The translations under genes were made by a program, and so were the position numbers. A stretch of DNA of 64,000 nt, from positions 66,154,001 through 66,218,000 of the forward strand of contig NC_045705.1 of NCBI RefSeq assembly GCF_009834535.1. Direction: 5' to 3'. The first letter of the stretch is position 1; the number at the start of each line of letters is the position of its first letter. Shown here piece after piece: positions 62,740 through 64,000 of the stretch. The DNA comes from Camelus ferus. Lineage: Eukaryota. The notes beneath the pieces are model-generated. The model was not told the DNA's origin, ran no database searches, and saw only the letters and a list, made by a program, of their open reading frames with translations.

Positions 62740-63750
62740 TCGGGCAGGAAAGGAAAAGCGGAGGGAGACGGCTTAGCGGAGATGACATTTGAGTCGGCCA
62801 GGAAGGTGGAAAAAGGGGCTTTAGTGTGGCCCTTCCCCCAGGTTGGCAGCTGGAGCTCAGCCCGGGAGGGCCCGCTCAGCTCCCGGCTCCGATCCCCTTT
62901 CAGCCCATTCATCCATGCCTCGGCCGGGGGTGGGCGGGTAGACAATCAGACACTGTTTTATCACAGGCATCGGCTGCAACCTCCCGGCTGGCGCCCAGAA
63001 CACGCGGCTGCCGGGGAATGAGTCCTCGCGAACGTAAGTGTCCGGGCCTGTCACACGCTGCCGGCAGGACCACCTTTTCCCGCAGCCCCGCCCCGGTTCC
63101 AGACCCTGGTGTTCCCGGTGCGGCGGCCGACCACTGTCCTCCCGGCGTTGGACCCGCAGAGCCCGTAACCTGCGCACTACAACTCCCAGAAGGCTGCGCG
63201 ACCAGGCCGCCTAGGGACCATTGGGGAACGGCCGGGGGTGGGCAGCAATCGGAACAGCCAAGCCACCCTTGAGCGGACGTAGCGTACCGCGCTGCCGGAA
63301 GTTGCGGGAGGTGGGCCCGGAGAGTGGCCTGAGCTTCCGGGTTGGTCGCGCGCCTTCCTGCAGCTAAGATGGCGGCCGAGCATCCCGAGCCTCCCAAAGG
63401 AGAGCTGCAGCTGCCACCGCCGCCACCTCCTGGACACTATGGTGCCTGGGCTGCCCAGGAGCTTCAGGCTAAATTGGCAGAGATCGGAGCTCCAATCCAA
63501 GGTGAGGAGCACGGGAGGTCAAGAGCCAGCAAGCCTAAGCCTACGGGGAAGCGGAGCCGGTTACCCCAGGGGCGGGGGCCTGACTTGGGCCCGCTGGCTA
63601 GCTCGGCCTGACCTACCTGTGCTTGATCCTGTGCTTTGCCCAGCAGGGAGTCGCGAGGAGCTGGTGGAGCGGCTGCAGACCTACACCCGCCAGGTAAGTG
63701 TTGGCGGCGGGACGTCACGGTAGGCCGAGTTTTTGGAGGAGGCATTCATG
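62740..63750 (+). promoter_or_regulatory. SF3B2 CpG-island promoter with ZNF143/THAP11, ETS and YY1 motifs
   Basis: ACTACAACTCCCAGA at 63176-63190, GCCGGAAGT at about 63294, and AAGATGGCGGC overlapping the ATG at 63366. Confidence 0.75.
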
Positions 63751-64000
63751 ACCCCTCACGACTTGGTCTTCTTTCTTTATGTACCTAGGCACAGCAAGTG
63801 CGGTCTTGCTCTTTTTGCCTCTTGCCTTAACTTGTGTTGTAAGCGCCTCTACGTATTGATCCTCCCCAGAGCCCAGCTCGAGCTCTGGCAGACAGACACT
63901 GGGTAAATTTTGTTGAATGAACAAGAACGAACGTTGTTTAGTGGAACAGCTCCTCTTGGACTGACCTGGAATCTTTTCACTTTTGCAGACTGGCATCGTC
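63369..64000 (+). CDS. SF3B2: Splicing factor 3B subunit 2, 5' partial (exons 1-2 and start of exon 3)
   Basis: Exons 63369-63501 (MAAEHPEPPKGELQLPPPPPPGHYGAWAAQELQAKLAEIGAPIQG), 63647-63693 (SREELVERLQTYTRQ) and 63989 onward (TGIV). Confidence 0.97.

Noticed and set aside
1-64000. CRISPR arrays, prokaryotic or horizontally acquired inserts
   Set aside because: I saw no repeat-spacer arrays or compositional anomalies; the architecture is ordinary mammalian.

Overview
Mammalian genomic DNA, most likely a camelid: it carries nine copies of a tRNA-Ala-derived SINE of the Vic-1 type. The window is syntenic with human 11q13.1. Gene order is EIF1AD (-), BANF1 (+), CST6 (+), CATSPER1 (-), GAL3ST3 (-) and the 5' start of SF3B2 (+). 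I reconstructed the exons by hand from GT-AG boundaries and recalled orthologue sequences. The rest is L1, ERV-L/MaLR/ERV1, hAT DNA transposon, L2/MIR and SINE debris, plus four N gaps. There are no rRNA genes, true tRNA genes or CRISPR arrays. Main items worth following up: (1) CATSPER1 has a 1-nt frameshift in a G5/C5 run in exon 1 and an Arg-to-Trp change in the S4 voltage sensor, so it is either an assembly error or a damaged allele. (2) A 3.35-kb ORF1-only composite L1 (5'UTR-ORF1, inverted ORF2 pieces, 3'UTR-polyA) sits in CATSPER1 intron 9. A second diverged copy with the same rearrangement junctions lies 24 kb away in the opposite orientation, suggesting a non-autonomous half-L1-like family. 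(3) An exon-like, possibly decayed gene lies between BANF1 and CST6. Transposon family names come from recalled consensus features, not from database searches.
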